The translations under genes were made by a program, and so were the position numbers. From a virus, in the IMG/VR virus record IMGVR_UViG_3300021963_009201, positions 1-64,000 of that record: DNA of 64,000 nucleotides; one strand, 5' to 3'. The notes beneath the pieces are model-generated. The model made no database searches and was not told where the DNA came from. It was given only the letters and a program-made list of their open reading frames with translations. This document shows, piece by piece, positions 8,850 through 22,272 of this stretch; position 1 is the stretch's first letter; each line of letters begins with the position of its first letter.

Positions 8850-11456
8850 GTGTCTATAAATTTTGTAGAAAACGTTACTTTATTTATCCCAGAAACAAAT
8901 TCTTTTGATATGTTTCAGGAAAACGATTTTAGCGAAAGTCATGGCTTAATTGTCGAGGTAGCGGCTATACACTCTGGTGTAACTGCAAATTATAATTTTT
9001 ACGGCGAAAATGAATTAGAGAAATCACTAGACTCATGGATTACGCCATATCCAAAGCCAATTATCATTAACCACGATGTGAATAGTGATCCAATAGGTAG
9101 AGTAATCGGCGCCAAAATGGATCGCGAACCAAATGGCATAGCTTTTGTTAGGCTCCAGGCGGCCATAACTGACCCAGTAGCAATCCAAAGAGTTATGGAC
9201 AAAAGATATTTGACCGGTTCTGTTGGGGGTAAAGCGGAAGAAGCGGTTTGCTCGGTTTGCGGTGTAGACTGGGCCGCTCCGATGAGGAGGTCTGGCGCTC
9301 CATGTTCTCATTCTAGGGGCGAGAGCTATAAGGGCAAAGTTGCAATGTTAGAAATGAGGAATATTGGTTTTAAGGAATATTCTTTTGTTAACGTCCCTGC
9401 CGATTCAAATTCGACTATTCGCCTTGTGTCTAGCAACGTACAGGAATCGCAAGAAGCAGATTCATACAAGCCTACCTCTGGGATGGTCAGCGAAGCTAGG
9501 AGGGGGCTTGAATGGAGAGACGAATTTAATAGGGGCGGAACAGGCATTGGTATAGCTAGGGCTCGCGATATCGTTAATGGTAAAAATCTTCCATTGGACA
9601 CAGTAAAAAGAATGTATTCATTTTTTTCGCGCCATGAGGTAGATAAAAAAGCAGAAGGTTTTAGTCCTGGCGAGAAAGGCTTCCCAAGTAATGGGAGGAT
9701 AGCATGGGCACTCTGGGGTGGAGACGCAGGATATTCTTGGTCGCGAAAAATTTCAACATCTTCTGCAAATGAGTTTAGTACAGAAGAAGCAAGCAATCTC
9801 TCTGTTGGGGATTACGTGAGTTGGAACTCTTCGGGCGGAACTGCAAGGGGTAAAATAACTCGAATCATACGTAATGGATCAATCAGTGTGCCTGACTCCA
9901 GTTTTAGGATTAACGGAACACCAGATGATCCCGCTCTGCTAATTGCGCTTTATAGGAAATCTGGCGATTCATGGCAGAGGACTGACACTAAGGTTGGGCA
10001 TAAGTCGTCCACTGTTAGGAAAATTGCACCACTAAAAGAAGACCACGGAATGCCTGATCCATTTGAATCTACGATTGGTTTATTTATTTTGGATCTAGAG
10101 AAAGAAAGTATTCTTAAATGCACCGAATCAGAAAATGTAGATATACTTTCTGATATGAAGAAAAAAGAAGCATCATCTTTCCATATGAAAATGAAAGGTG
10201 CTTTTATTGAGGCGCAGATTATAAATAAAATTTCCGAAGAAGTTGTAAAACGTAATATAAACGATACTAATCTAGTAGATGGTGTTGCAAACAACTCCGA
10301 GGAGAATTCTATGGCGTCAGAAGAGGCAAAGCCTGCAGTTTTGGAGGCTGTAACTAAGCGTGAAGATGGGGAAGATTTCCCAGCAGCGGCTTTTGCGTAT
10401 GTTCCAGACTCAGCTATGCCTTCGACATGGAAACTTCGCCTTTGGGACAGTATCGCGCAAAAAGAAACCGTCGCACAGGTATCCCGTGCCGTTTCAGCCT
10501 TAAGTTCTACAGGCTTTAGGGGCAACAGAGTTCAAGTACCTTCAGAGGATCTTTCAGCAGTTAAGAGGAAGGTTGCCTCCGCATGGAGGAAGGTAAATGG
10601 CTCAGATCGTCCACTACCAGACATTTTGAAAGAAAGCGCAGAATCCGAAATGGATGATTTTGAAGATGACATTCTCGATATAATTGAGAATTTAAATACA
10701 GATCTTTCTACAGTTTCCGATGATGATATCGAGGAAGATGTAGAAGAAGTCAATGATGACACCGTTGAAGATGTCGTTGAGGAAGAATTTGATTCCGAAG
10801 ACGCCGTTGAAGATGAGGCCGAAATTGACGAAGAGCAACCTGAAGATGTAGAAGAAGGTGAACGTCCCGAAGGTCAAGAAAAGTCGGGCAAAAAAGACGT
10901 TGATCCTGAAACATCCAAAGGTGCACCTGTCAGTAGGGAATCGGAAGATGAAGAGGCAGAGGCTGAAGCCGATGAAGCTCCTGAAGTCGAAGAATCTGCA
11001 GACAGCCAAGAACAACTGGTCGAAGAGGGCGAACTCACTAGTGAAGAAAATCTAGATGAGCTACGTATTTCTAATCTCGAAGCCAGGATTCTTGAACTAG
11101 AGGAAACCAACGCAAAGCTAAAGAAAGCACTTCATCGTACGCTTGTAGAGCGTGTCGTTGACGCAAAGATTTCGCTTGGTGTTGTGGAGCATGATGCAAG
11201 AGAATCTTCGATTGAAGAGCATGCCGACAGGACTGCAACTTCACTCGCGGACACTCTTCGCGATCTTGCTGAAATGCCACGGACAGAACTGAAGTCAACT
11301 AATGTTGATATCAATATGGAAGAGGCATTGCAGGCGGTTGGTGATGAGCCAAACGTCGTAACGGCAGAAAATATGGACCTTACCCCTGGCGTAAGCGCAG
11401 AGGAAAGGGCTGAGCAACTTTTTGTCGATATCCTTATGGGTAAAAGAAAAGCCTGA
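8850..11456 (+). CDS. Prohead (capsid maturation) protease fused to accessory modules and acidic scaffold
   Basis: N-terminal HK97/herpes-like protease signature (INHD...PIGRV...GSVG...CSVCG...CSH...EYSFVNVPAD); very acidic disordered segment and C-terminal coiled coil; immediately upstream of the capsid genes. Confidence 0.8.
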   Translation: MSINFVENVTLFIPETNSFDMFQENDFSESHGLIVEVAAIHSGVTANYNFYGENELEKSLDSWITPYPKPIIINHDVNSDPIGRVIGAKMDREPNGIAFVRLQAAITDPVAIQRVMDKRYLTGSVGGKAEEAVCSVCGVDWAAPMRRSGAPCSHSRGESYKGKVAMLEMRNIGFKEYSFVNVPADSNSTIRLVSSNVQESQEADSYKPTSGMVSEARRGLEWRDEFNRGGTGIGIARARDIVNGKNLPLDTVKRMYSFFSRHEVDKKAEGFSPGEKGFPSNGRIAWALWGGDAGYSWSRKISTSSANEFSTEEASNLSVGDYVSWNSSGGTARGKITRIIRNGSISVPDSSFRINGTPDDPALLIALYRKSGDSWQRTDTKVGHKSSTVRKIAPLKEDHGMPDPFESTIGLFILDLEKESILKCTESENVDILSDMKKKEASSFHMKMKGAFIEAQIINKISEEVVKRNINDTNLVDGVANNSEENSMASEEAKPAVLEAVTKREDGEDFPAAAFAYVPDSAMPSTWKLRLWDSIAQKETVAQVSRAVSALSSTGFRGNRVQVPSEDLSAVKRKVASAWRKVNGSDRPLPDILKESAESEMDDFEDDILDIIENLNTDLSTVSDDDIEEDVEEVNDDTVEDVVEEEFDSEDAVEDEAEIDEEQPEDVEEGERPEGQEKSGKKDVDPETSKGAPVSRESEDEEAEAEADEAPEVEESADSQEQLVEEGELTSEENLDELRISNLEARILELEETNAKLKKALHRTLVERVVDAKISLGVVEHDARESSIEEHADRTATSLADTLRDLAEMPRTELKSTNVDINMEEALQAVGDEPNVVTAENMDLTPGVSAEERAEQLFVDILMGKRKA

Positions 11457-11484
11457 TAATCTAAATATATAGAGAGGAACTTTA

Positions 11485-12234
11485 ATGAGTTTAGCAAAGT
11501 TTCGTAAGGTTGGCAGCAAAACTGGTTCTGGTCGTTTCGTAGTTTCTGAGGGTATCGCCCCCGCAACCTACCTTCTTCCTCACCCAGCACTTCCAACCTG
11601 GTACACAGATGACGAAGATGATCGCTTCGAAATCGTAATTCCAAAGGGCACCATCCTTTCTGTCGTCAAAGACAGCAATGATGATTCCCGCATTGTTCCA
11701 GCAAATGGTTCTGGCTCCAGCCAGGCCTGGGGCGACGCAGACACAATCGACCTGGAGACTGGTGCTACACCCACCAATGTCGCTGGTGATGAAGACACTG
11801 TAACCGTCGCTGCTGGTACTGTCCCGATCGGCTGTGCCCAGTATGACCTTTATCGTCCATTCGATAAGGGTACTTCACAGGGTGCCGGTTGGATCACACG
11901 TGGCTATGTTGAATGGCCACTAGTTAATGGTGTTAATGCGGATCTTGTCCCCGGTGACATTGTTCGTGCCGACAAACTCGGCCGTGCAGTCAAGTTCACT
12001 AAGGGCACAGATGCACATTACCTTGCTGTAGGTACCGTAATTGAAGTTGAGTATTTCGCTACCAACTTTGATGATGGACTTCTGTCCTACATGCAGCTTC
12101 CTTCGGATCCCGGTGCTCTTAAGGAAGTTTATGAACTGACCAAGACTGGCCCTTACAGTGGCAAGCTTGGTATCCGTTCAAACCTTGACACCGCCAATGT
12201 TGTCGGTGCAGTTCGCGTAAGCCTAACTCTATAA
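11485..12234 (+). CDS. Capsid-associated (decoration/cement-like) protein
   Basis: Lies between protease and major capsid gene, has GAGAGG RBS and high-expression codon bias; beta-rich. Confidence 0.6.
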   Translation: MSLAKFRKVGSKTGSGRFVVSEGIAPATYLLPHPALPTWYTDDEDDRFEIVIPKGTILSVVKDSNDDSRIVPANGSGSSQAWGDADTIDLETGATPTNVAGDEDTVTVAAGTVPIGCAQYDLYRPFDKGTSQGAGWITRGYVEWPLVNGVNADLVPGDIVRADKLGRAVKFTKGTDAHYLAVGTVIEVEYFATNFDDGLLSYMQLPSDPGALKEVYELTKTGPYSGKLGIRSNLDTANVVGAVRVSLTL

Positions 12235-12263
12235 AAAAGAAAGCACAGGAGGAAAGTCCTAAG

Positions 12264-13313
12264 ATGGCAAAACCAATTGAAGAACTCCTCGCGAATTATG
12301 ACGCCTGGGAATCTGTACTAACTGAAGATGGGTTCATCGATGATGACCAAAGAGTGACAGTAAAAGAAGCTTTTGCTTCTCCTGACGCTCCCATTCTTTT
12401 CCCCAAGGTTATTTCTCGCACTCTAAAGGAAGCGGCAGAACCACAATTACTGGTTACCCCTCTTCTTTCGGTTGTGCGTCTTGGGAAGGGACGCTCACTA
12501 GAGTTCCCTGCAGTTAACGCGATTCAGGCCGATGAAATTCCCGAAGGACAAGAATACCCAGAGCAAGCTCTTGCATTCGCAAAGCAGATCGAAGGTAAGG
12601 TCAGCAAGAAGGGCGTTAAAGTCGCCTTTACCGAAGAAGTTATCGCAGATAGCCTTTGGGACATTGTTGGTCTTCACGTTCGTGCTGCTGGCCGTGCAAT
12701 GGCTCGTCTTAAGGAGCAAATTGCTCTTTCGAGATTCGCTGGCGCTGCTACTGTAGTTTTCGATAATGACGACGCAGGTATTGCCGATACCACTGGTCTT
12801 GGTTCAGCTGGCACCGCCAATGACACCATTACCTGGGATGACGTCATTGAGATGGCTGCTGTACTTATGGCAGAAAACCATGTACCAACTGATTTCATTC
12901 TTCACCCACTTATGTGGAGCGTATTTGCTCGCAACTACGAATTCCGCATGGATGGCCAGCCTTGGCCAGCATGGAGCATGAGGGCTAATTCACGTGAGCA
13001 GGCAGCTAACGCTACCGCACCTCTCGGCCTTAACGTCCTTGTCTCCCCATTCGTTAGCTTCACCGCTAAGAATGGTTCAACTCCAGCTAAGAGCGATGTT
13101 TTCCTCATCGATCGCAATGAGGTTGGTGTTCTCCTTGTTAAGGATGATATGTCAACTGATGGTTGGAATGACCCAAGCCGTGACATCCAAGCTCTTAAGA
13201 TGAAAGAGCGCTATGACATCGTCATGATGGGTGACGGCGAAGGTATCACCGTAGCCAAGAATGTTAATCTTGCTAGGGCCTACGAAGTTGAGCTTAACAA
13301 GACTGTTAGCTGA
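12264..13313 (+). CDS. Major capsid protein (HK97 fold)
   Basis: 349 aa; GAGGA RBS; EIPEGQEYPE...KKGVKVAFTEEVIAD...A.RAMAR.KE, FILHPL, followed by a terminator. Confidence 0.88.
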   Translation: MAKPIEELLANYDAWESVLTEDGFIDDDQRVTVKEAFASPDAPILFPKVISRTLKEAAEPQLLVTPLLSVVRLGKGRSLEFPAVNAIQADEIPEGQEYPEQALAFAKQIEGKVSKKGVKVAFTEEVIADSLWDIVGLHVRAAGRAMARLKEQIALSRFAGAATVVFDNDDAGIADTTGLGSAGTANDTITWDDVIEMAAVLMAENHVPTDFILHPLMWSVFARNYEFRMDGQPWPAWSMRANSREQAANATAPLGLNVLVSPFVSFTAKNGSTPAKSDVFLIDRNEVGVLLVKDDMSTDGWNDPSRDIQALKMKERYDIVMMGDGEGITVAKNVNLARAYEVELNKTVS

Positions 13314-13344
13314 TCTTAACTAAGTCTTAGTCAGTAATTGAGCG

Positions 13345-13374
13345 AGGGATGGGCATAAAGCTCATCCCTTGTTT
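13345..13374 (+). terminator. Intrinsic terminator after major capsid gene
   Basis: AGGGATGGGC-ATAAA-GCTCATCCCT 10-bp stem (one G-U pair), then TGTTT. Confidence 0.65.
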
Positions 13375-13383
13375 ACTATATAG
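13373..13383 (+). promoter_or_regulatory. Recurrent TTACTATATAG promoter-like motif
   Basis: Identical to 8806-8816; overlaps the terminator U-tract; 26 nt upstream of GTG 13410. Confidence 0.55.
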
Positions 13384-13409
13384 CCGTAGACGTTTTAAAG
13401 GAGACGTAA

Positions 13410-14765
13410 GTGGCTGATTTGATAGATGAATATACTGTTACCGATGTTTATGTAAAAATTAAATTCGGAGTAACAGTTAAAGTCTCGACAATTATAAATG
13501 CAAACTTCACACTTAACAACACAGATGCGACGCCATCTGCTATTGCTAATCCTTTTCGAGCGATATCTTTAGTTCGTGACTATAATTCTATTTCACGTAT
13601 TCTGTATCTGTATTTTTCTGACGGCGTCTTACAAAATGATACCAATTACAGATTTACTGCACAAAACTTAACTGACGTTTTAGATAACTCTATACCAAGT
13701 CAGTATTTTGACTTTGCTACACAAACTCTAAACGTAGACATAACAACAACACCAGAATATATATATCCTGAACCTGTTATAGTCGACCATGCTATATCTG
13801 ATTCTATTTTTTCTGTTCCTTTAAATAATTCTAATAATACAACAATTTTAGGTTTTATTTCTTCCTACCCTGAAAATGATTCTTATTATTTGTTTGAAGA
13901 TGAAAATAACGGACGAATTGAATTAATGTTTAATTTTAGTCCACTTAGCGCATATTTAGTCTCGCCTCATATTAAGGTTCAGAAAAGAGAAATAAAAAAA
14001 GCACCATCTAGGTGGATAGACGTGAACGCGCAGATTACACTAGATGGATCTGATCCCATTGTTTATGTGGACTTACCTTCTGTAGACCATTATCCAGATG
14101 CAGCCACACCATCGACCACTACAGTGTATAACCAGTCTGGTTATACGTATTTTGAAAATAATTATAAGTATAGAATTTTGCTTTCAAAAACATTAACAGG
14201 ACTTAATGAGGATTCTACACCAACAGAACACGCAATGATTTCGGATATTGAGCTTATTTATTGTGGTGTACTTGACCCTATGTATATAGACGTAGATGAA
14301 ATAGCTAGCTCGTACCCTGACGCTACTAAGGTGGAAATATCTGAAAATATACATTTCTTTTCTCAAGAAGTATATAAACTTTTAGGCTTAACTGAAGAGC
14401 CTACAGAAATGCCATTTGTCGCAATAGAGTACATTAAGGCGGCAACTGCTTGTAGCTTAGACAAGATCTATTCAGTTGGTTCCGGTTTTGGGAACTCCTT
14501 TACACTTGGTGACCTTACGGTTAATAGGCCAAAATCTGGTGCCAAAACACTTAATCGCGGCAATGCAAATTCTTGGTGCGAACTATCTTCGGTGTTAAGA
14601 GCTGAACTTCTTTCATCTACATCTAGAGGCGGTTTCAGGTCTGTCGTTAAAGGCAGTAAATACGAAAATCCAATTCCAGTTCGAAAAATTCGTGATATTG
14701 ACGCAACTGACACGATTGCTTATAATGTCGCTAGAATTCAAGATAATTTAGATGTTAAATTATGA
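13410..14765 (+). CDS. Virion structural protein (Ig-like N-terminal domains plus probable head-tail adaptor C-terminus)
   Basis: Position directly after the capsid gene; beta-sandwich-like N-terminal half, helical C-terminal half with a ..SFTLGDLTV motif. Confidence 0.5.
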   Translation: MADLIDEYTVTDVYVKIKFGVTVKVSTIINANFTLNNTDATPSAIANPFRAISLVRDYNSISRILYLYFSDGVLQNDTNYRFTAQNLTDVLDNSIPSQYFDFATQTLNVDITTTPEYIYPEPVIVDHAISDSIFSVPLNNSNNTTILGFISSYPENDSYYLFEDENNGRIELMFNFSPLSAYLVSPHIKVQKREIKKAPSRWIDVNAQITLDGSDPIVYVDLPSVDHYPDAATPSTTTVYNQSGYTYFENNYKYRILLSKTLTGLNEDSTPTEHAMISDIELIYCGVLDPMYIDVDEIASSYPDATKVEISENIHFFSQEVYKLLGLTEEPTEMPFVAIEYIKAATACSLDKIYSVGSGFGNSFTLGDLTVNRPKSGAKTLNRGNANSWCELSSVLRAELLSSTSRGGFRSVVKGSKYENPIPVRKIRDIDATDTIAYNVARIQDNLDVKL

Positions 14766-15145
14766 GTAGCTTTAAATCTGAATTTGATCAAATTTTAATA
14801 AAATGGGGACATAATATATATATACAAAGGGTCAAAGATAGATTCAATGGTGAAAATTTTGTGTATGAAAATATTTTCGAGAGGCATACAGTCCGACATA
14901 TCTCTGCGTCAAGTTTGCAAAACTCGCAAAAAGAAAATATAGAAGGAATTGTTTTTGATTCGAGTATGATTTATTATATGAGGTATGATGCCCACCCTAT
15001 GCCTGGTGATCGCATATATGAAAATATAGAATATTATCCAAATAATACTGTAACATATATCGTCGAAAGCGCAGCGCCAATGAGGGGTGAGTCCGGCCAA
15101 ATATCGTACTGGTCTGTTGGGGCCACTAAAGAAAGTCCGGCATAG
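14762..15145 (+). CDS. Probable head closure / head-tail connector
   Basis: 127 aa, position, P..GDRI.E motif typical of stopper-like neck proteins. Confidence 0.5.
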   Translation: MSSFKSEFDQILIKWGHNIYIQRVKDRFNGENFVYENIFERHTVRHISASSLQNSQKENIEGIVFDSSMIYYMRYDAHPMPGDRIYENIEYYPNNTVTYIVESAAPMRGESGQISYWSVGATKESPA

Positions 15146-16812
15146 TGCGTACAATAGTTTATGGTAATGAGATTACATTTCAAAAAAATTTTATTGATTC
15201 AAATGGAATATATATTGATCCATTAAATATTAATTTTTCTATAGTTAGAAATATAAACACCATACTTTATGGACCTTTTGTTTATAGTACTAGTTCTACC
15301 CCTGTGACGATATCGGGCAATTTTGAAAAAGTTGGTATAGGTGTTTATAATTACACTCAATTTATTGAAGATGTCATTGTGCCAGGCATATATGCGGCAA
15401 AATGGATAGCGGACGTAGATGGAGTCGATGAGGTATACTACGAGAATTTCCAGGTAATCGAACCGGAAGTAAGCACAAATAGGATTATCGACCCATCCTC
15501 TCTTTATGGGAAGATAATTGAAAAGCCACTCTATAGTGATTTAAGCTTAGGGGAGACAGACAGGATAGCCCTTATAGGGCACGCAGATGGTTTAGAGCTG
15601 AATACTCCTCATAGAGTTATTGACATACAGGAAACAATCAATACTTTAGGGGCGGACGAGGATAGTCCCCTTTTGCGCGGGATGTTTGAGGCCTATAATA
15701 TGGGCGCAAAGGATATATGGTTAATAGCTTCTGCCCCTATGTCGGAATATGTGCCCTACGACCAGATTGATGGCACATCAAGGAAGACGGCAAGAGTTGA
15801 TCTAAATAATCTAACTTTTTATCAAAAATATTCACAAAGGTTAGATGCCACTTACAGGATTTTAATGGAAGAAGATTTTCCGGAAATAGTAGTTCCACTT
15901 GAAGCGCCATTCTTGGATGCGGGTGACGTAGATTTTTTAACGCCACTACTATCTAACTGTCTCCAGAGGTACAGGAAAACTGGTAATGTATCAATCGGTA
16001 TTTTAGGAACAAGAATCCCTGCTAATACCGAAAATGTTTTTGAAAAATTAAACACAGATATGAGAATTTCCAGATTTGAAGGTGATTCTTACGTATATTC
16101 AACTAAAACGTTATTCTCTATATTAAGATACCATTATGGTATAGACCTTTTTTCTACTAGTTCTGAAACAAATATTTTAGACGGTCAAGATATGGGCAAG
16201 TTTGGTATGGTGGTTGTCGGTGAGGGTTTGTCAAAAGCTCCGCAGTTAGGCTATCCATACACCACTTCTTTAGCTGCCACCGTAGCTGGCCTCATGGCCT
16301 CGATGCCGGAAAATCAAAGTATAGTTAACAAAAAACTTGCAAGGATATCAGGTTTGGTGGGATATATATTCACCAAAGAAGAAGTGCAGGAACTAGCGAG
16401 AAAACGCCTTAATGTGGCGACCCTCACCCCGCTAGGTAGACGCGGTACGTCTTATCAAACTTTTATCGCCACAGATAATAGCTTAGCAAATGGTTGGCCA
16501 GATACGAATACTGACGATCAAAGTGCTTTTTGGGCTGTATCTACCTTAAGGTTAGTCGGGAAAATAAGTCAGCAAATAGTTGCGCTTGGTAGGCGTAGCC
16601 TAGGCACTATCGAGTATGCAATGTTTAAAGACTCTATTTATAGTTACTTAGATTCCTTGCAGTCAGATGGATTGCTTAAGGATTATAGATTAAACATATA
16701 CAGAGAACAAGATGAAAATAGGACTGTTTACGTCGACTTAATGTTGTATCCATATTTTACTATTAGGGAAATTTACTTCACTGTAGAAGTAGGCCCGGGG
16801 ACTGGTGAGTAA
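15145..16812 (+). CDS. Tail sheath-like protein (paralog 1) with N-terminal Ig-like domain
   Basis: Sheath N-terminal pattern (IALIGHA...LLRGMFEAYNMGAKDI) and C-terminal pattern (STLRLV...SYLDSLQ..GLL.DY...VYVDL.LYPYF.IREIYFTV). Confidence 0.7.
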   Translation: MRTIVYGNEITFQKNFIDSNGIYIDPLNINFSIVRNINTILYGPFVYSTSSTPVTISGNFEKVGIGVYNYTQFIEDVIVPGIYAAKWIADVDGVDEVYYENFQVIEPEVSTNRIIDPSSLYGKIIEKPLYSDLSLGETDRIALIGHADGLELNTPHRVIDIQETINTLGADEDSPLLRGMFEAYNMGAKDIWLIASAPMSEYVPYDQIDGTSRKTARVDLNNLTFYQKYSQRLDATYRILMEEDFPEIVVPLEAPFLDAGDVDFLTPLLSNCLQRYRKTGNVSIGILGTRIPANTENVFEKLNTDMRISRFEGDSYVYSTKTLFSILRYHYGIDLFSTSSETNILDGQDMGKFGMVVVGEGLSKAPQLGYPYTTSLAATVAGLMASMPENQSIVNKKLARISGLVGYIFTKEEVQELARKRLNVATLTPLGRRGTSYQTFIATDNSLANGWPDTNTDDQSAFWAVSTLRLVGKISQQIVALGRRSLGTIEYAMFKDSIYSYLDSLQSDGLLKDYRLNIYREQDENRTVYVDLMLYPYFTIREIYFTVEVGPGTGE

Positions 16813-17521
16813 AGTGACTTTAGAATTTAACACCCCAATTAACGCATCTTCGCCACTTAAGTACCCTAGGGAGCCATTAAGGGCGGAAAGTAATTTAAGT
16901 TATCTAGAGTTTATAGCGCTACTCAGAAAGCTCTGGGAAGACTCACACCCAAGCATACCATTCAAGCCGGTACAGAGTCAGTCATATGCCTTCACCCAAA
17001 TAAACCCAGAATGGGAGTGGGCTAATGATACATCGAACCCAAACGCTACAGACCCGGACAGTGCGGGTGAAGCAAAATATATACCCCACGATTGTATGAT
17101 GGTGTACTCTTTAGAGTTAAGGAAGCCGAACGCAAATGAACCAAAAATGAGGGTTCGCGAAGAAGTGGCGACTGAAGGTGATGTCAACTATCTGATACAG
17201 GGCCAGAGGTTTGAGAACTTAATTATTTTTTCCGCTTTAAGTAAAGGTGGTCCAGAATTAGCTGAAAGCGTTATTGAAGCTTTTGAAGATTTTATGCTTG
17301 AGCATACTCCAATTTTTAAACGGTTAGGTGTTTCCGAAATACTCTATAGTAGGAGAACGCCAGACGATGAGCAATCACGTTTTTCTGAAGACCTAGATAA
17401 AAGATCGGTAGCATATGTGGTAGTAATAGAGAAAGTTAGGGCTACGGAGATCGCTAAGATACAAGAGATTATGTTGCATATTAGGCAGTTTTTGTCAACA
17501 AATGTTGTAGACCCGGTGTAA
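16805..17521 (+). CDS. Probable tail terminator / neck protein
   Basis: Position; GQRFENLIIFS...AE...EAFEDFM...F.RLGV motif. Confidence 0.5.
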   Translation: MSKVTLEFNTPINASSPLKYPREPLRAESNLSYLEFIALLRKLWEDSHPSIPFKPVQSQSYAFTQINPEWEWANDTSNPNATDPDSAGEAKYIPHDCMMVYSLELRKPNANEPKMRVREEVATEGDVNYLIQGQRFENLIIFSALSKGGPELAESVIEAFEDFMLEHTPIFKRLGVSEILYSRRTPDDEQSRFSEDLDKRSVAYVVVIEKVRATEIAKIQEIMLHIRQFLSTNVVDPV

Positions 17522-18042
17522 TGCAATTTAACTTAATCGATGACTATCAAAGCGAAAACATACCTGAACAAACGACTGCCCAGGTATCAAATGCTAATCT
17601 ATCGATCAATTTTGAGGATACGTTCATGGCAGGCCAGGGGATTCAAGTAGTCTTAGGTTCGACGCCAAGTTATGCTTTAGGGTTTACTCTAATGGATACG
17701 TATTCCAGTACTCCAACATCGCTTACTGGTTTTGTTCCGCATGTAGATTATGGCAAGATTAAATTGGGTCTTCTTGACGACTATCAATCGTTGTCAGTTA
17801 TAAGGGTAGAGCGCCAAAGCGTTGTGCTTAATCCAAATTTCATTCTTACATTAATAGATGAATATGGTTCAGCATTAACTTTTGGGGCTACGCCGCAAAG
17901 TGCTACTCCATCAACTTCTTTTATCGTTCATATAGTTGATGACTTTGGAGATACTCCAGATGAATGGGTACTAATAACTGAAGATGGTTTCATTATATCC
18001 CTTGAGCCAGAAGATGACGAATTTAGCATAACAGTGGAGTAG
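17521..18042 (+). CDS. Acidic repeat protein (6 x 26-27 aa), probable fibre-associated adaptor
   Basis: h-x-h-h-D-[DET]-[YF] at regular spacing; C-terminal LITEDG motif; directly upstream of the collagen fibre gene. Confidence 0.6.
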   Translation: MQFNLIDDYQSENIPEQTTAQVSNANLSINFEDTFMAGQGIQVVLGSTPSYALGFTLMDTYSSTPTSLTGFVPHVDYGKIKLGLLDDYQSLSVIRVERQSVVLNPNFILTLIDEYGSALTFGATPQSATPSTSFIVHIVDDFGDTPDEWVLITEDGFIISLEPEDDEFSITVE

Positions 18043-18047
18043 GTAAA

Positions 18048-21899
<3,852 letters not shown>

Positions 21900-21905
21900 T
21901 TATGG

Positions 21906-21914
21906 TACTATTAT
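21906..21914 (+). promoter_or_regulatory. TACTATTAT promoter-like motif
   Basis: Core TACTAT 28 nt upstream of ATG 21943. Confidence 0.4.
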
Positions 21915-21942
21915 GTTTATCTAAAATTGTTCGGAGATATTA

Positions 21943-22272
21943 ATGGCAATTACGCAAAAAAGATTAGGTGGCCCATCACAGCTGACAGCTTCCAGTGCAA
22001 CATATTACACAGTACCATCGGCTACCACAACAATTGTAAAGCAGATTCTATTAACGAATACTACAGGATCATCAAAGACTGTAACCGTTAGGCTTTACAC
22101 TACGGGGACAGAAAATAATACGTTTGATGTTTTAAGTGAAATGCCACTTGCGGCAAATGAGACCGTAGCATTTAATTGTTCGATGGTTATGGCGGCAACT
22201 GAAACTATTAAGGCATTTTGTTCATCTGCAACTTCTGTGAATATTAGCATTTTTGGTATAGAGGAAACTTGA
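21943..22272 (+). CDS. Small beta-rich virion protein (fibre adaptor family)
   Basis: Paralog of 3588-3923; follows a fibre gene ending in MEVI. Confidence 0.65.
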   Translation: MAITQKRLGGPSQLTASSATYYTVPSATTTIVKQILLTNTTGSSKTVTVRLYTTGTENNTFDVLSEMPLAANETVAFNCSMVMAATETIKAFCSSATSVNISIFGIEET

